The notes: generated by a model not told the origin, from the letters alone. Positions 1-10,662 are shown, numbered from the stretch's first letter. The stretch is 64,000 nt of DNA from Candidatus Shapirobacteria bacterium (GCA_016188545.1 JACPHO010000002.1:13-64012), one strand, 5' to 3'. Translations and numbers: made by a program.

Positions 1-121
1 GGAAGGCAGCTTTGCTCATCTCAAAGACAAAGTACGACTTCATAGAGGTCTAAAAACAAAGAGAAAAATGAAACTAATTAACCAAATTCTGTTGGGGAAA
101 GCACCCGAAAAGTACCATTAA
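1..121 (+). mobile_element. 3' end of a transposase, probably an IS256-family variant; partial, runs off the window start. The IS end is probably at about 101-124.
   Basis: Frame 2 reads EGSFAHLKDKVRLHRGLKTKRKMKLINQIL, resembling the C-terminal EGxFSHLKxKLRxHRGL motif of IS256-like transposases; stop TAA at 119-121. Confidence 0.6.
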
Positions 122-126
122 GCCAA

Positions 127-354
127 ATTACAGACCTGACAGCAGGCTATTTGAAAAGTCGAATGAGATAGCTGTCAACTGGGGCTGCTGGTGTTGATGA
201 GTTTGTAGACATGACACTTTTTCCAGATGTTCAGATTTTAGAAAACCCTGAGAGCTCACCTGAAGAAAGAAGTGTAGCAATGGAACGAATTCTTACGGCT
301 GGGTTATTTGAAGAGTCTTTGTTTAAAGACTTTCCTGGACTTAGGCTAAAGTAA
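127..354 (+). pseudogene. Remnant of an unknown gene interrupted by the upstream IS
   Basis: A coding-like frame ends ...FKDFPGLRLK* at 354, with an internal TAG at 168-170 and no start. Confidence 0.3.
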
Positions 355-357
355 ATG

Positions 358-429
358 TGCGCCTACCAGGAATCGAACCTGGATCAACGGTTTCGCAAAC
401 CGTCATTCTATCCATTAAACTATGGGCGC
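358..429 (-). tRNA. tRNA-Arg (anticodon GCG)
   Basis: Cloverleaf on the minus strand: GCGCCCA acceptor, ACGGT-TTGCGAA-ACCGT anticodon arm, GGTTCGATTCC T arm; no encoded CCA. Confidence 0.93.
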
Positions 430-559
430 AAATATTGCCTATATTTTAACCTAAAGTTTCGAATAACACTTCAAGTTATTCTATCCACTCGCCTCGATTG
501 GACTTCGAGTCGAAGCAGGTTAAACAATGGGCGCTAAAATTTCTTCTGATTATAACAAA

Positions 560-1144
560 TTATGCCTTTTTTTCTTGGGTTTTAGTTTTGACGGCACGAT
601 CCTCGAGCGGGAGTCTCTTGGCAAACCAAGCAGTAAGCTTATCAATGACACTAGGTGGGTTTTCGACTAAGGGGATTTTTTTGATAAGGATGTCTTTTAG
701 TTTTTCCTCATCTTTGTGGAGAATAACAAGTGAAACTAGGTTGGGAAATTTAAGAACTGTACCAAAATGAACCATTTCAGTACTGAGGCTTTTTTTGAAC
801 CAGAATTTTTCTAAAATCTCCCAATAATAGTGAGTTTCCCCGAAGTATATTCCCCGGTTTGTAATACGGTAACGTACATCAGCGGGAGGAACGGTGGAAA
901 GAACATAAAACATGAACATGAGTGACCCAAGAGCGATGATCAGGAAAAATTCTTTAATGAAGATAAAAATGACAGCAACTAAAACTAAAATAGCAACGGC
1001 AGTAATCCAAAAATCTTTTTCGCGGCGTTGGAAAGCACGTTCTGGGGCGATCCATTCGTAGAGAACTTTTTCTTCGTTGATATCTTCGAGCGTTTCTTCT
1101 ATCTTCTTTTCAATGTCGGTAGGATTCTTCTTAGTTTCGCTCAT
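560..1144 (-). CDS. Conserved CPR-type membrane protein (two TM helices plus a PH-like/DUF5673-like domain)
   Basis: 194-aa ORF with a WIAPE motif, two TMs and YRITNRGI. Confidence 0.7.
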   Translation of the reverse strand: MSETKKNPTDIEKKIEETLEDINEEKVLYEWIAPERAFQRREKDFWITAVAILVLVAVIFIFIKEFFLIIALGSLMFMFYVLSTVPPADVRYRITNRGIYFGETHYYWEILEKFWFKKSLSTEMVHFGTVLKFPNLVSLVILHKDEEKLKDILIKKIPLVENPPSVIDKLTAWFAKRLPLEDRAVKTKTQEKKA

Positions 1145-1281
1145 TTATATCATCTTATCATAATTTTGCAGCCAAATTTGGTATACTCAGACACGAAATA
1201 TTGGGAAATATTTCTAATTACCATGAAATGTAATATCAATGAATTGATAAGCGTTTCTGTCGAAAAGCATGGCTTTTCTCG

Positions 1282-1364
1282 GGAAGGGTGCGGCGAATGG
1301 TAAGCCACGGGTTTGCTAAACCCGCGTCAGAAATGGCATGAGGGTTCGACTCCCTCCCCTTCCG
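1282..1364 (+). tRNA. tRNA-Ser (anticodon GCT)
   Basis: GGAAGGG/CCCTTCC acceptor, CGGGT-TTGCTAA-ACCCG anticodon arm, long variable arm, GGTTCGACTCC. Confidence 0.93.
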
Positions 1365-1366
1365 CA

Positions 1367-1438
1367 GCGTAATAAATCGCAAAGCGATTTAAACGCTGCT
1401 AGAGACGTTTAAATTTCTGAGAAATTTATTACGTCTCG
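1367..1438. repeat. Two adjacent imperfect palindromes between the tRNA and the GIY-YIG gene
   Basis: GCGT..TAAATCGC AAA GCGATTTA..ACGC and GAGACGT..TAAATTTC TGA GAAATTTA..ACGTCTC. Confidence 0.6.
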
Positions 1439-1473
1439 CCTACGCATTTTGCACATTGCCGCCTGTTATATAA

Positions 1474-1734
1474 TTGGTTGTGTTCTACTACACATATGTA
1501 TTGGAAAGCCTGAAAGATAATAGTTTGTATATTGGCTATACTTCTGATTTAAAGAAAAGATTCAAAAGACATAACTTAGGATTAAATAAAGCAACAAAAC
1601 CACATATTCCTTACAGACTAATTCATTTTGAAGGATTCTTGAATCGAGTTGACGCAAAAAGTCGTGAAGTTTATTTAAAATCAGGGTGGGGACTAAAGAG
1701 TGTTCATAAAATGTTGGAGAAATATTTTATATGA
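1474..1734 (+). CDS. Small GIY-YIG nuclease family protein
   Basis: YTYVL...LYIGYTSDLKKRF..HN...REVYLKSGWG motifs. Confidence 0.9.
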   Translation: MVVFYYTYVLESLKDNSLYIGYTSDLKKRFKRHNLGLNKATKPHIPYRLIHFEGFLNRVDAKSREVYLKSGWGLKSVHKMLEKYFI

Positions 1735-1749
1735 AGTATATAATGAGGC

Positions 1750-2166
1750 ATGGAAGAAGCAGTAAAAACTTGGCATCAAAAACACAAAGAGAGACTGACT
1801 GAGGGGCAAAAAATTGCTGACAGCGTGGCTTCTCTTATGGGGAGTTGGGGATTTATAATCGGACAATCAGTACTGATATTTATTTGGATAGTCGTAAACC
1901 TGACAGCATATTTTTATCATTGGGATCCATATCCTTTTATCCTGCTAAACTTGTTCTTTTCAACCCAGGCGGCTTTTGCAGCTCCGATAATTATGATGTC
2001 GCAAAACAGACAAGGAGAAAGGGATCGAATGCAGGCACGAGATGACTACGAGACTAATGTAATAGCTAAAAGAGAAATTGAAGAACTACAAAAATCACTA
2101 TTACGAATTGAAGCTGAAAAATTGAATAAGATCATAAGCCTGTTGGAAAAACACAAAATACTTTGA
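1750..2166 (+). CDS. DUF1003 family membrane protein
   Basis: IADSVASLMGSW and WDPYPFILLNL..S.QAAFAAPIIMMSQNRQ motifs. Confidence 0.9.
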   Translation: MEEAVKTWHQKHKERLTEGQKIADSVASLMGSWGFIIGQSVLIFIWIVVNLTAYFYHWDPYPFILLNLFFSTQAAFAAPIIMMSQNRQGERDRMQARDDYETNVIAKREIEELQKSLLRIEAEKLNKIISLLEKHKIL

Positions 2167-2279
2167 TAATTTTGGTATTAGTTTATAAATAACAATCCGG
2201 ACATTGATTTACAAAAGTTTTCTCTAGTTGAGGTGAAACAGATTGAAAGAGAAGTAGTATGGATGCGATATAAAAAGTT

Positions 2280-3259
2280 TTAGAGTTTTGACTTGAAGAA
2301 CTCAACGTCTCTAGATAAGGCGCGGCCAAAATTTTTGGCAATATCGTGATTGTCGCCTTGGTATGAGTAAAATGTGACTGTTTTTCCGGCTTCTTTTAGC
2401 TTTTCATGGAGATAGGTACCCCAAGAAAATGGTACCGACTCATCGGCGGTGGCATGGTGAATATTCAGAGGGACTTTGACTCGAGAAATATTTTCCAGAG
2501 ATGAAATCTGGGATGTGGGGTATTGCTTTATAAATGTTTCGTATTGGGTTTTGAATTTTTCAGCTTGGCCGGGGGTGGGGCGGTTTTTGTTCATAAAATG
2601 GATAACTTGTTCGGGCAAGAGGGCAACCGCAGGTGCCCAGAGAGTGGCAGCAGTTACCCGAGGGGATGTTTCCAGAATCTGAAGGGTGACATCGCCACCC
2701 ATGGAATGACCATACATGAAGATTTTATTGGGATTGGCAGTGGGGATGGAGTCGATAGCGGCTAACAAGCTTAGTACGTCGACAGTATATTCGGATCGGG
2801 ATAGGAGTCGTCCAGAGGACTCCCCTTCAGAGCTATCGTGTCCGCGATAATCGGGTTTGAGGACCAAGAACCCTTGGGAAGCAAAAAGGTTGGAGGTGTT
2901 AATGTAGGAACGGGTAACACTATAGTCTTGTGGGGGATAAAACCATGGTTAACAATAACAACCGGCCAACCGTTGGTGGGAGGAGTACCGGATGGGGTGA
3001 TCATTAGGGCATTGAGGGTAAGATCGTCAGACAGATAGCTAACTACTTGAGTTGATGGTGATATGGTTTTGACCAATTTTAGTTTTTGAAAAGGGAAGCG
3101 ACGCATGGACAAACTTTCAATACTGAGCGGATGAATAGCGGTGCCAGTAACCGACGACGGGGCATTGGGAAGAGGGGTATTGCTCGTCGGCTGAGAGCTG
3201 GGTCGGGATATAAAATAGAAAATTAAACTTACTACTACTGCTATAGTAATTAGTTTCAT
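2280..3259 (-). pseudogene. Secreted alpha/beta-hydrolase (S9 peptidase-like) split by a frameshift near 2932-2936
   Basis: ORFs 2771-3259 and 2280-2867 join as HGFIPPQDYSVTRSY...VLKPDYRGH if one C is added to the C5 run; GHSMGG nucleophile, ADESV and GDNH triad motifs are present. Confidence 0.85.
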
Positions 3260-3361
3260 AAATAATTATACATTAGTCATAAATAAGAGCAAAATGACTG
3301 GTAAAGTGTTGTGTTTTAGTGTACATTTATATTATCTCTTACTGTTTTAGTATCAGTTAGA

Positions 3362-4357
3362 ATGCTAATTGAAGCTTGGAATGTAGACGAAAAAGAATAC
3401 CCTACCAGAGGAGCCTTCGAAGACAAGGCAAAGTTTTTATTAAGATACGCAATATTGGCGCCGTCGGGACATAATAGCCAGCCGTGGAAATTTGAAATAT
3501 CTAAAAATAAAATAATCGTTAGACCAGACTACAACCGAGGCAGGAGTGTGGTGGATAGTGAACATCGGGAATTGTTTATTAGCTTGGGGGCAGTTTCAAA
3601 AATAATCGCCATTGCAGCTGATAGATTTGGAATGAGTTACCGCAGAAAGGTGATTAAGGACAGGGTGGAGTTTATATTTGGTGAGGAAAAGACGGTTAAG
3701 AAAAATTTGGAGTTATTTAAGGCCATAACTAAACGCAGAACTTATCGGGAAAGGTACAAGAAAAAGAAAATCCCGCTGAGACTAGTTGCCAAAATTAAAA
3801 AAATAACCAGTAAGGGACAGAGCATGGTAGCGGTAAACGACCCCGATCTAATTAAGGTGATGGCTGATTTAATCGAAAGAGCCGACTGTGTCTGGTATAA
3901 AAGTAGATCATTAATTCGGGAATTGGAGGAATGGATGAGAGATGACCTTGAGTTAACCAAGGATGGGCTACCAACCGGGATGATTAATATGTACAAAATA
4001 GCGGCAGAAACAAAATACCTATTTTCAAAAGATAGCCGGGTGGCTAAGGAAAAAGCAGAAAGAGACAGAGTTATTGCTAAAAACACTCCCCTGTTTTTAA
4101 TAATTGTTAGTAATGATAACGACATTCATAGTTGGATTGAGGCGGGGGAAATGTATGGAGAAATAATTTTAACAGCTCAAAAACTAGGTCTGGCTAGTGG
4201 GGTGCTGGGGTCGATAACTGAACTTACCGGAATGAAAAACAAAATGACAAAGTTATTCAGTATTGAGGGACACGTGCAGCTAGTACTAAGTGTGGGCTAT
4301 GCCAGAGTAAAAGTTCCAGCGACCCCGCGAAGGCCGCTTGAGGAAATGCTGGCCTGA
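3362..4357 (+). CDS. Acg-type nitroreductase family protein
   Basis: LAPSGHNSQPW, RRTYR and TPRR motifs. Confidence 0.88.
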   Translation: MLIEAWNVDEKEYPTRGAFEDKAKFLLRYAILAPSGHNSQPWKFEISKNKIIVRPDYNRGRSVVDSEHRELFISLGAVSKIIAIAADRFGMSYRRKVIKDRVEFIFGEEKTVKKNLELFKAITKRRTYRERYKKKKIPLRLVAKIKKITSKGQSMVAVNDPDLIKVMADLIERADCVWYKSRSLIRELEEWMRDDLELTKDGLPTGMINMYKIAAETKYLFSKDSRVAKEKAERDRVIAKNTPLFLIIVSNDNDIHSWIEAGEMYGEIILTAQKLGLASGVLGSITELTGMKNKMTKLFSIEGHVQLVLSVGYARVKVPATPRRPLEEMLA

Positions 4358-4358
4358 C

Positions 4359-5771
4359 TTAGACAGTGGTGATTTGAAGGGCATTAGTTAGTCCGGCTTT
4401 TTGCCACTGAGAACCATGGACGACAACAACATTTTCACCTTTTTTAATTAAGCCTTTTTCAACCAATTCTCCGAGGACTTTGTCTGGGGTGGTAAAAAAC
4501 GGTTCGTGATAGTTGGTGACAAATGGGGTAACACCAAAAGAGATGGTTAGTGATTCGGCAACTTTTTTATCTCTAGTGACAGCGATGACCGGGACGCTTT
4601 GGCGATAACGAGAAATAAAACGAACAGTATGTCCGGTTTCAGTAAAGACAATTAGATGGTCGATAGGTGGTTCTATATTTGATTTGGCGATAGATACGGC
4701 TGATTTGGTTATAACTGAGGTGGCGTTATTATCTTGAAAATTAAGTTGTTCGACGGGACGGTTGGACTCGTTCCAGGAAGCGATACGAGTCATGGTCTGC
4801 ACTGTTCGAACTGGATATTTACCACCGGCGGTTTCGGCAGATAGCATGATGGCGTCGGTACCGTCATAAATTGCATTAGCAACATCGGTGGCCTCTGCGC
4901 GGGTAGGACGAGGATTGACAATCATCGATTCCAGCATTTGAGTGGCGGTGATGACTGGCTTGCCGGCGAGGCGACATTTACGGATGATGGTCTCCTGCCA
5001 ATAGGCAAGTTGTTCAATAGCTGTTTCAATACCAAGATCTCCACGGGCGACCATGACTACATCGGTTTCGGCAATTATCTCATCAATATGATTTAGAGCT
5101 ACTTGATTTTCGATCTTGGCGACTATCTGGGCGTCCATCCCCCGCTGCTGCATTTCAAGACGGAGCATGCGAATATCAGCGGCGGTACGGACGAAGGAAA
5201 GACCGACGTAATCGACCTTGTTACGGGCATTTTTCTCAATCTGAGCAATATCATTGTCGATAAGGGATGGGAAATCAATGTCGATACCGGGAAGATTGAC
5301 ACCCTTGCGGTGTTTGATAACCGCATCGTTTTTGACCTTAGTAATGAGATATGTTTCGTGGACAGAGATAATTGAAGTCTCAACAAAACCATCGTCAATG
5401 AAAAGATCATCACCTGGTTTTAGAAGTGAGAAAACTGCGGAATGGGGAATAATGACATCGATATCATCAACAAAGGAGGAACCGATTTTTATCTCCTGAC
5501 CATTTTTGACCTGAACATCGACTTTATCTCGAGTCTCAAGCCGGATTTCCGGACCCTGAAGATCGAGTAGAATACCGATAACAGCACCTTTACTATCGGC
5601 GACTTGCTGGGCTAACTTGATATGTTCATCGTGCCAATCGGGGGTGGAGTGTTTGGTGTTGAATCTGAAAACATTGACACCAGCATCGATGAGTTCGGAC
5701 ATTAAGAGGGTGGTATCAGAAGCGGGGCCGATAGTGGCGACGATTTTGGTTAGTTTAGTTTTTTTGGTCAT
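4359..5771 (-). CDS. pyk: Pyruvate kinase (likely start MTKKTKLTK at 5771)
   Basis: TKIVATIGPAS, LDLQGPEIR, KIEN, VARGDLG and ATQMLESM...PTRAE motifs. Confidence 0.97.
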   Translation of the reverse strand: MTKKTKLTKIVATIGPASDTTLLMSELIDAGVNVFRFNTKHSTPDWHDEHIKLAQQVADSKGAVIGILLDLQGPEIRLETRDKVDVQVKNGQEIKIGSSFVDDIDVIIPHSAVFSLLKPGDDLFIDDGFVETSIISVHETYLITKVKNDAVIKHRKGVNLPGIDIDFPSLIDNDIAQIEKNARNKVDYVGLSFVRTAADIRMLRLEMQQRGMDAQIVAKIENQVALNHIDEIIAETDVVMVARGDLGIETAIEQLAYWQETIIRKCRLAGKPVITATQMLESMIVNPRPTRAEATDVANAIYDGTDAIMLSAETAGGKYPVRTVQTMTRIASWNESNRPVEQLNFQDNNATSVITKSAVSIAKSNIEPPIDHLIVFTETGHTVRFISRYRQSVPVIAVTRDKKVAESLTISFGVTPFVTNYHEPFFTTPDKVLGELVEKGLIKKGENVVVVHGSQWQKAGLTNALQITTV

Positions 5772-5841
5772 AGACGATAGAGGATTATATTCTATATTTT
5801 TTAAGATTAAAGTGGGGAGAGTTTTGATGGTAGAATGGGAC

Positions 5842-7284
5842 ATGATTTTGGGTAGGGGCGTAATTTATCGATACAGTAAAGAACCGATCTTTAATGGAGC
5901 GGAATTTTTTGTGGGTAAGGGAGAAAAAGTGGGGTTGGTGGGACAGAACGGCTCGGGTAAATCTACACTATTTAAACTGATAATGGGTGAAGAATACCCA
6001 GATGAGGGGTCGGTCAAGGTTGATGGTACAGTACTGGGGGTACCTCAGGAAGTAAAACACGACGAGCAGATGGAGAAAGCAGCATCGGTTCGGGATTATA
6101 TTGATCCAAAACACCAAAAAGAAGATTATGAACTACGAAGACTACTGGCAAAACTAGAGTTGGGAGAATATGATCTGTCGGATAAACCGGTTAAAATGAG
6201 CGGTGGTCAGAAGACTAAGCTGGCCATAGTGCGGGCGTTAGTCGCCTCCCCTGATGTATTACTTTTGGATGAGCCGACCAACTTTTTGGATACTGCCGGA
6301 AAGCAGTGGGTAATGGATTTTTTGGGTAAATACCCAAAGACACTTCTAATTATTTCCCACGACTTAAATCTTCTGGATAAATCGATTGACAAAATACTGG
6401 AGGTAAATGGTCAGTCAAAAAAACTGGATGAATATAAAGGAAACTATACTGATTACGTCAAGTTGAAAGGTGAAAAAGATGCACTCTTGGTTCGACAAAT
6501 TCATGTCCAGGAACGACATATTGTGCGAATGAAAAAGGGATGGTTAAAAATGTCGCATGTTAAGTCAGAAAAAGGTGTCCGCCAGAAACTACAGTTGGAA
6601 AAGCGTATCGTGGCGATGGAAGAAAGCCTGCCAACCATGCCATCTGAAGCTAAGAAATTCAAAATTAAATTACCAGAACCTTCATGGGTGGGATCAATCC
6701 CCCTGATGATGAGTGGGATTAACAAAGCCTATGGGACTAAAAAAGTACTGACTGGAGTTGATTTTGATATCAAACGGGGTGAGCGAATTGCCCTGGTCGG
6801 GCAAAACGGAGCCGGAAAAAGTACCTTGATCAAAATTATTATGGGGATGCAGGAGGCTGATTCGGGAGAGGTTTATAAAGATGAGAAACTGGTGATCGGA
6901 TACTATTCTCAGGAGTTTGAAACTTTTGATTTTGATAAAACACTTTTGGAGACTATAAAAGATGTGTGTTCGATGCCGGAACAGACCCTACGGGGACATT
7001 TGGGAAGGTTTTTGTTTGGGGCGGATAAAGTCAACCAAAAGGTGAAAACTTTGTCCGGTGGAGAAAAGACAAGACTGGCGATAGCCTTACTTCTGGGACA
7101 GAATTTTAACCTACTGGTACTGGACGAGCCAACAACGTACCTTGATGTACTTTCCCAACGATTAATTCTGGAAGCTTTGAAGGGTTACAGCGGGGCAATG
7201 ATATTGGTGTCACACACACCAGAATTTATTACGGAACTAAAGCCTAATCGCAAATTTTACCTACCGGAAAACCGCTGGGAATAA
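5842..7284 (+). CDS. ABC-F family ATPase (two NBDs, no TM); likely start 5842
   Basis: Two Walker A motifs (GQNGSGKST, GQNGAGKST), SGGQ/SGGE and LDEPT twice; TAGAAT lies 5 nt before the ATG at 5842. Confidence 0.92.
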   Translation: MILGRGVIYRYSKEPIFNGAEFFVGKGEKVGLVGQNGSGKSTLFKLIMGEEYPDEGSVKVDGTVLGVPQEVKHDEQMEKAASVRDYIDPKHQKEDYELRRLLAKLELGEYDLSDKPVKMSGGQKTKLAIVRALVASPDVLLLDEPTNFLDTAGKQWVMDFLGKYPKTLLIISHDLNLLDKSIDKILEVNGQSKKLDEYKGNYTDYVKLKGEKDALLVRQIHVQERHIVRMKKGWLKMSHVKSEKGVRQKLQLEKRIVAMEESLPTMPSEAKKFKIKLPEPSWVGSIPLMMSGINKAYGTKKVLTGVDFDIKRGERIALVGQNGAGKSTLIKIIMGMQEADSGEVYKDEKLVIGYYSQEFETFDFDKTLLETIKDVCSMPEQTLRGHLGRFLFGADKVNQKVKTLSGGEKTRLAIALLLGQNFNLLVLDEPTTYLDVLSQRLILEALKGYSGAMILVSHTPEFITELKPNRKFYLPENRWE

Positions 7285-7329
7285 CCTAATTATTGCCAAA
7301 GAGTAGGTTATTTTGTAAAATGTAGACCC

Positions 7330-9063
7330 ATGAAAGTTGTGCGACAGTTCTTACATTTCCTAAAAGACTACAAGCTATCGATGGTCATGTTTATGACGGT
7401 CACTACTTTGTCGGTGCTGGCAGAGTCGATGAGACCATGGTCGCTGAAAATGATCCTCGATAGTGTAGGTGTTAATGATATGAATAGGGTGTACTGGTAC
7501 CTTGGACTTTTGGGGGTATCGACTATCGGGGGAAACATAATTAATTCTCTGGGGTACTTCTACGGTGACGTAGTTAAGATTCCCCTATCAAAACAGATTA
7601 GAGAAGTAGTGTTCAAAAAAGTTCTCGACCTGGATTTTGCTTACCATGTTGATAAAAATACCGGCTCGCTCATTAGCGCATTTCGGCGGGGGGATGGAGC
7701 GGTGAATTCGATATTTGATGCGGTGTTTCAGGAAATTTATTGGACGATTATATACATTGGGGTGGCACTGTGGTTTTTGTTCCAAGCCTCCCCTTCGATT
7801 GGAATGGCACTGGTGGGATTGTTTGCTATCAACATGAGCATGATTTTTTGGCTTATAAAAAAGAATCTAAAGACAAGGGTGGTGTTCAATAAAACAGAAG
7901 ATGAGATTTCGGGGATTATCGCCGATACAATGATCAACTACGACACAGTTAAGTTTTTTGCCGCCGAAAAAAGAGAAGAGAAAAGATTGGCCAACAAGTT
8001 TTCAGAGTGGACGAGAGCAGTATGGGACTATGCCAACACCTTTAGGATGATGGATGTGGGGGTAGGGACGGTATCGGCTAGTGGAATGCTACTGATGCTA
8101 TGGATAGCTGTATCAAAACTCAACAACGGGCTAACTATTGGGGATATTGTGATGATCTCTGGATTTGTGACCAGTTTGCATTTTCAATTCTTCCACTTGT
8201 TTTCACAAATTAGAAATATTGCCAAACATACCGCGGACCTGGAGGCTTATTTTGGAATTCTAGATAACGAAGTGTGTGTCAAGGAAGCCACAAGGCCAAG
8301 AAAAATTAAAAAAATGGCAGGGAAAATTGAATTTCAAAAAGTCGGATTTGTCTATCCAAAAAACAATCAGAAAGTATTGGATGATATTAACTTAGTAATA
8401 AAGTCGGGAACCAAGGTAGCGTTTGTAGGTCGGTCGGGTACCGGGAAAACAACTTTGGTTAAACTGCTTCTACGATTTTACGACCCCAGCAAGGGACGGA
8501 TATTGATCGATGGGGTGGATATTAAAAAAATGACTAAGAGCAACCTGCGGTCGATTATCTCGGTAGTGCCACAAGAACCGGTACTGTTTAATAACTCCAT
8601 CAAATTTAACCTGGCTTACGGCAAGGAAGAAGCCACCATGGAAGAGATATTGACTGTGGCGGAACAGGCCAACATCATTGATTTTATTGACAAGCTCCCC
8701 AAAGGCTGGGATACGATGGTGGGAGAACGGGGAATAAAGCTTAGCGGTGGACAGAAGCAGAGGTTAGCAATTGCCCGAGCCCTACTTACCAACCCTAAAG
8801 TTTTGATCTTTGACGAGGCAACTTCGAACCTCGACTCAGAATCGGAGAGGATGATCCAGACGGCCCTTGAGGAAGTGTCAAAAAGTCGGACAGTAATTAT
8901 TGTGGCGCATAGGTTCTCAACAGTTCGCGATGCAGATAATATTGTGGTACTGGCGGGGGGAACGATAGTCGAAAGTGGGAAGCACCAAGAACTACTGGCC
9001 AAAAAGGGCGTCTACGAAAAGCTGTGGTCGATTCAAACGAAGGGGAAGAGCAAGAAGAAATAA
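7330..9063 (+). CDS. ABC exporter, fused TMD-NBD (ABCB/Atm1-like)
   Basis: 6-TM N-terminal half, GRSGTGKTT, LSGGQKQR and FDEATS. Confidence 0.93.
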   Translation: MKVVRQFLHFLKDYKLSMVMFMTVTTLSVLAESMRPWSLKMILDSVGVNDMNRVYWYLGLLGVSTIGGNIINSLGYFYGDVVKIPLSKQIREVVFKKVLDLDFAYHVDKNTGSLISAFRRGDGAVNSIFDAVFQEIYWTIIYIGVALWFLFQASPSIGMALVGLFAINMSMIFWLIKKNLKTRVVFNKTEDEISGIIADTMINYDTVKFFAAEKREEKRLANKFSEWTRAVWDYANTFRMMDVGVGTVSASGMLLMLWIAVSKLNNGLTIGDIVMISGFVTSLHFQFFHLFSQIRNIAKHTADLEAYFGILDNEVCVKEATRPRKIKKMAGKIEFQKVGFVYPKNNQKVLDDINLVIKSGTKVAFVGRSGTGKTTLVKLLLRFYDPSKGRILIDGVDIKKMTKSNLRSIISVVPQEPVLFNNSIKFNLAYGKEEATMEEILTVAEQANIIDFIDKLPKGWDTMVGERGIKLSGGQKQRLAIARALLTNPKVLIFDEATSNLDSESERMIQTALEEVSKSRTVIIVAHRFSTVRDADNIVVLAGGTIVESGKHQELLAKKGVYEKLWSIQTKGKSKKK

Positions 9064-9098
9064 TTCTTAATACGTAAACAGTAATTGGTAAATTGAGA

Positions 9099-9917
9099 CT
9101 ATGATTTTGATTTTAGATAATTTTTTGGAGATATAACCTTTGTCCCAGATTCTGATTCCAGTTTTACCCTAGCTTGACGAGCGATTTGACCACCTCGATG
9201 ACCAGCGCTGATATTTTCCGGCATTCCAGTGGCGTCAAAAGATTGGGCAATGGTTCGCGTGGAGGCTTCAGCTAAGGCAGTAAAAATTAGTTCTAATTCC
9301 GACATGTGATCACGAAGATTTTGATTTTTTAAGCCTTTAAGTTCTTTATGATTTCTAATGGTCATATCGGACCATTCCTGATGAATAATGTTGGTTAATA
9401 TGGCAAATTCCTGTTCTTTGGTTACCTCATGATTTTTCCAGTAATCGGTCAATTTATTTCGAGTCTCTTGGCCCATCATTCGTTGTTGAATCCATTTGTC
9501 ACTCCGGCCTAACTTTTGCCAGTGACTTCGGGCACGATTAACTGCCTTTTCCGGATCGCCAATTTCTTCGATTCGCTCATAACCGACTTTGGCTAACCAG
9601 CGTTTGAAGGGTTCAGCTTTGGGTGAGGGAATGGATTGGATAATTCTAAATAAACCTTCGATATTGGCACAGTCTGTTTCTCGTTTTTTGCCATCATTAG
9701 CAACTAATTTTAACCGGTGACAATTTGTCACCACTTCACTCCCTTCATCTCTAAGTCTCTGAACCAATTTATTCCAATATTTCCTTGGATCCTCACTATC
9801 TGTCAATACACCAACAACGCCAACTACCGAAAACCACCATTTATCCTTAAACCATATACGGCGAATTTCTTTTTGGTGGAAATTTATTGGTTTTGAGTTA
9901 TTTATTACTTGATTCAT
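9099..9917 (-). CDS. BRO-N domain (phage antirepressor-like) protein; likely start 9917
   Basis: IRRIW..KWWFSVV, PRKYWNKL, IQSIPSPKAEPFKRWLA and NLRDHM motifs; the longer ORF call runs through a tRNA. Confidence 0.88.
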   Translation of the reverse strand: MNQVINNSKPINFHQKEIRRIWFKDKWWFSVVGVVGVLTDSEDPRKYWNKLVQRLRDEGSEVVTNCHRLKLVANDGKKRETDCANIEGLFRIIQSIPSPKAEPFKRWLAKVGYERIEEIGDPEKAVNRARSHWQKLGRSDKWIQQRMMGQETRNKLTDYWKNHEVTKEQEFAILTNIIHQEWSDMTIRNHKELKGLKNQNLRDHMSELELIFTALAEASTRTIAQSFDATGMPENISAGHRGGQIARQARVKLESESGTKVISPKNYLKSKS

Positions 9918-9985
9918 AGTAAAGAATATACCCGAATAAAACCCAAAGTCAAGATTTATAGTAATTGTGAGGTAAAATTGGACAA

Positions 9986-10057
9986 GTTCCTGTAGTCCAA
10001 TGGATAAGATGATCCCCTCCGAAGGGATTGATCCGGGTTCGACTCCCGGCGGGAACA
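9986..10057 (+). tRNA. tRNA-Arg (anticodon CCG)
   Basis: GTTCCTG/CGGGAAC acceptor, ATCCC-CTCCGAA-GGGAT anticodon arm, GGTTCGACTCC. Confidence 0.93.
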
Positions 10058-10119
10058 CAGACAAATAAGAAAAGAATTCAGGCACAATATCGTTTGAAGC
10101 TAGTAAGCTATAATAAGAG

Positions 10120-10602
10120 GTGGACCAGGAAACAAACATAACTGATAATTTGTACTACGACGAGCGATCGGCGGGAGGTATCGTGTACAAAAAGGAAGGA
10201 GAAAAAGTATTATTCCTCCTAATCAAAACTTTTGCCAACAAACGAAGGAAGACAGTCTTTAAGTTCCCCAAAGGACATCTGAATAAAGATGAAGTACTAA
10301 AGCAAGCGGCATTACGTGAGGTGGAAGAAGAAGGAAGGATTAAGAGTAAAATAATCACTAAGATAGGCTCAAATGATTATATTATCTGGGACAAATTACA
10401 GAAGAAAAAGATTATCAAGAAAGTGACTTTCTTTTTGATGGAGTATGTCGAGGAAAGCAACCTAAAGTATTTTGACTCGGAAGTGGTCTTGGATCGGATC
10501 TGGGTGAACTACAGCGATGCTCTAGGCAAGCTGGCTTTTGACTCGGAGAAGATACTACTGAAAAAAGCTAAGGTGAGGTTGGACTGGTTGAGTAAGAAAT
10601 AA
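10120..10602 (+). CDS. NUDIX hydrolase
   Basis: PKGHLNKDEVLKQAALREVEEEG Nudix box. Confidence 0.9.
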   Translation: MDQETNITDNLYYDERSAGGIVYKKEGEKVLFLLIKTFANKRRKTVFKFPKGHLNKDEVLKQAALREVEEEGRIKSKIITKIGSNDYIIWDKLQKKKIIKKVTFFLMEYVEESNLKYFDSEVVLDRIWVNYSDALGKLAFDSEKILLKKAKVRLDWLSKK

Positions 10603-10662
10603 TAATCTAAAGCTTCGTAACGTAGGTAAGTTTGATAAAATAGGAAGAATTTAATGGAGAGT

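Noticed and set aside
355..537. ORF-track calls overlapping tRNAs (355-537, 1028-1303, 5' part of 9099-10139)
   Set aside because: They are chance frames across tRNA genes.
5617..5843. Long overlap between pyk and the ABC-F gene
   Set aside because: This is an artefact of longest-ORF calling; the likely starts are 5771 and 5842, leaving a 70-bp divergent gap.
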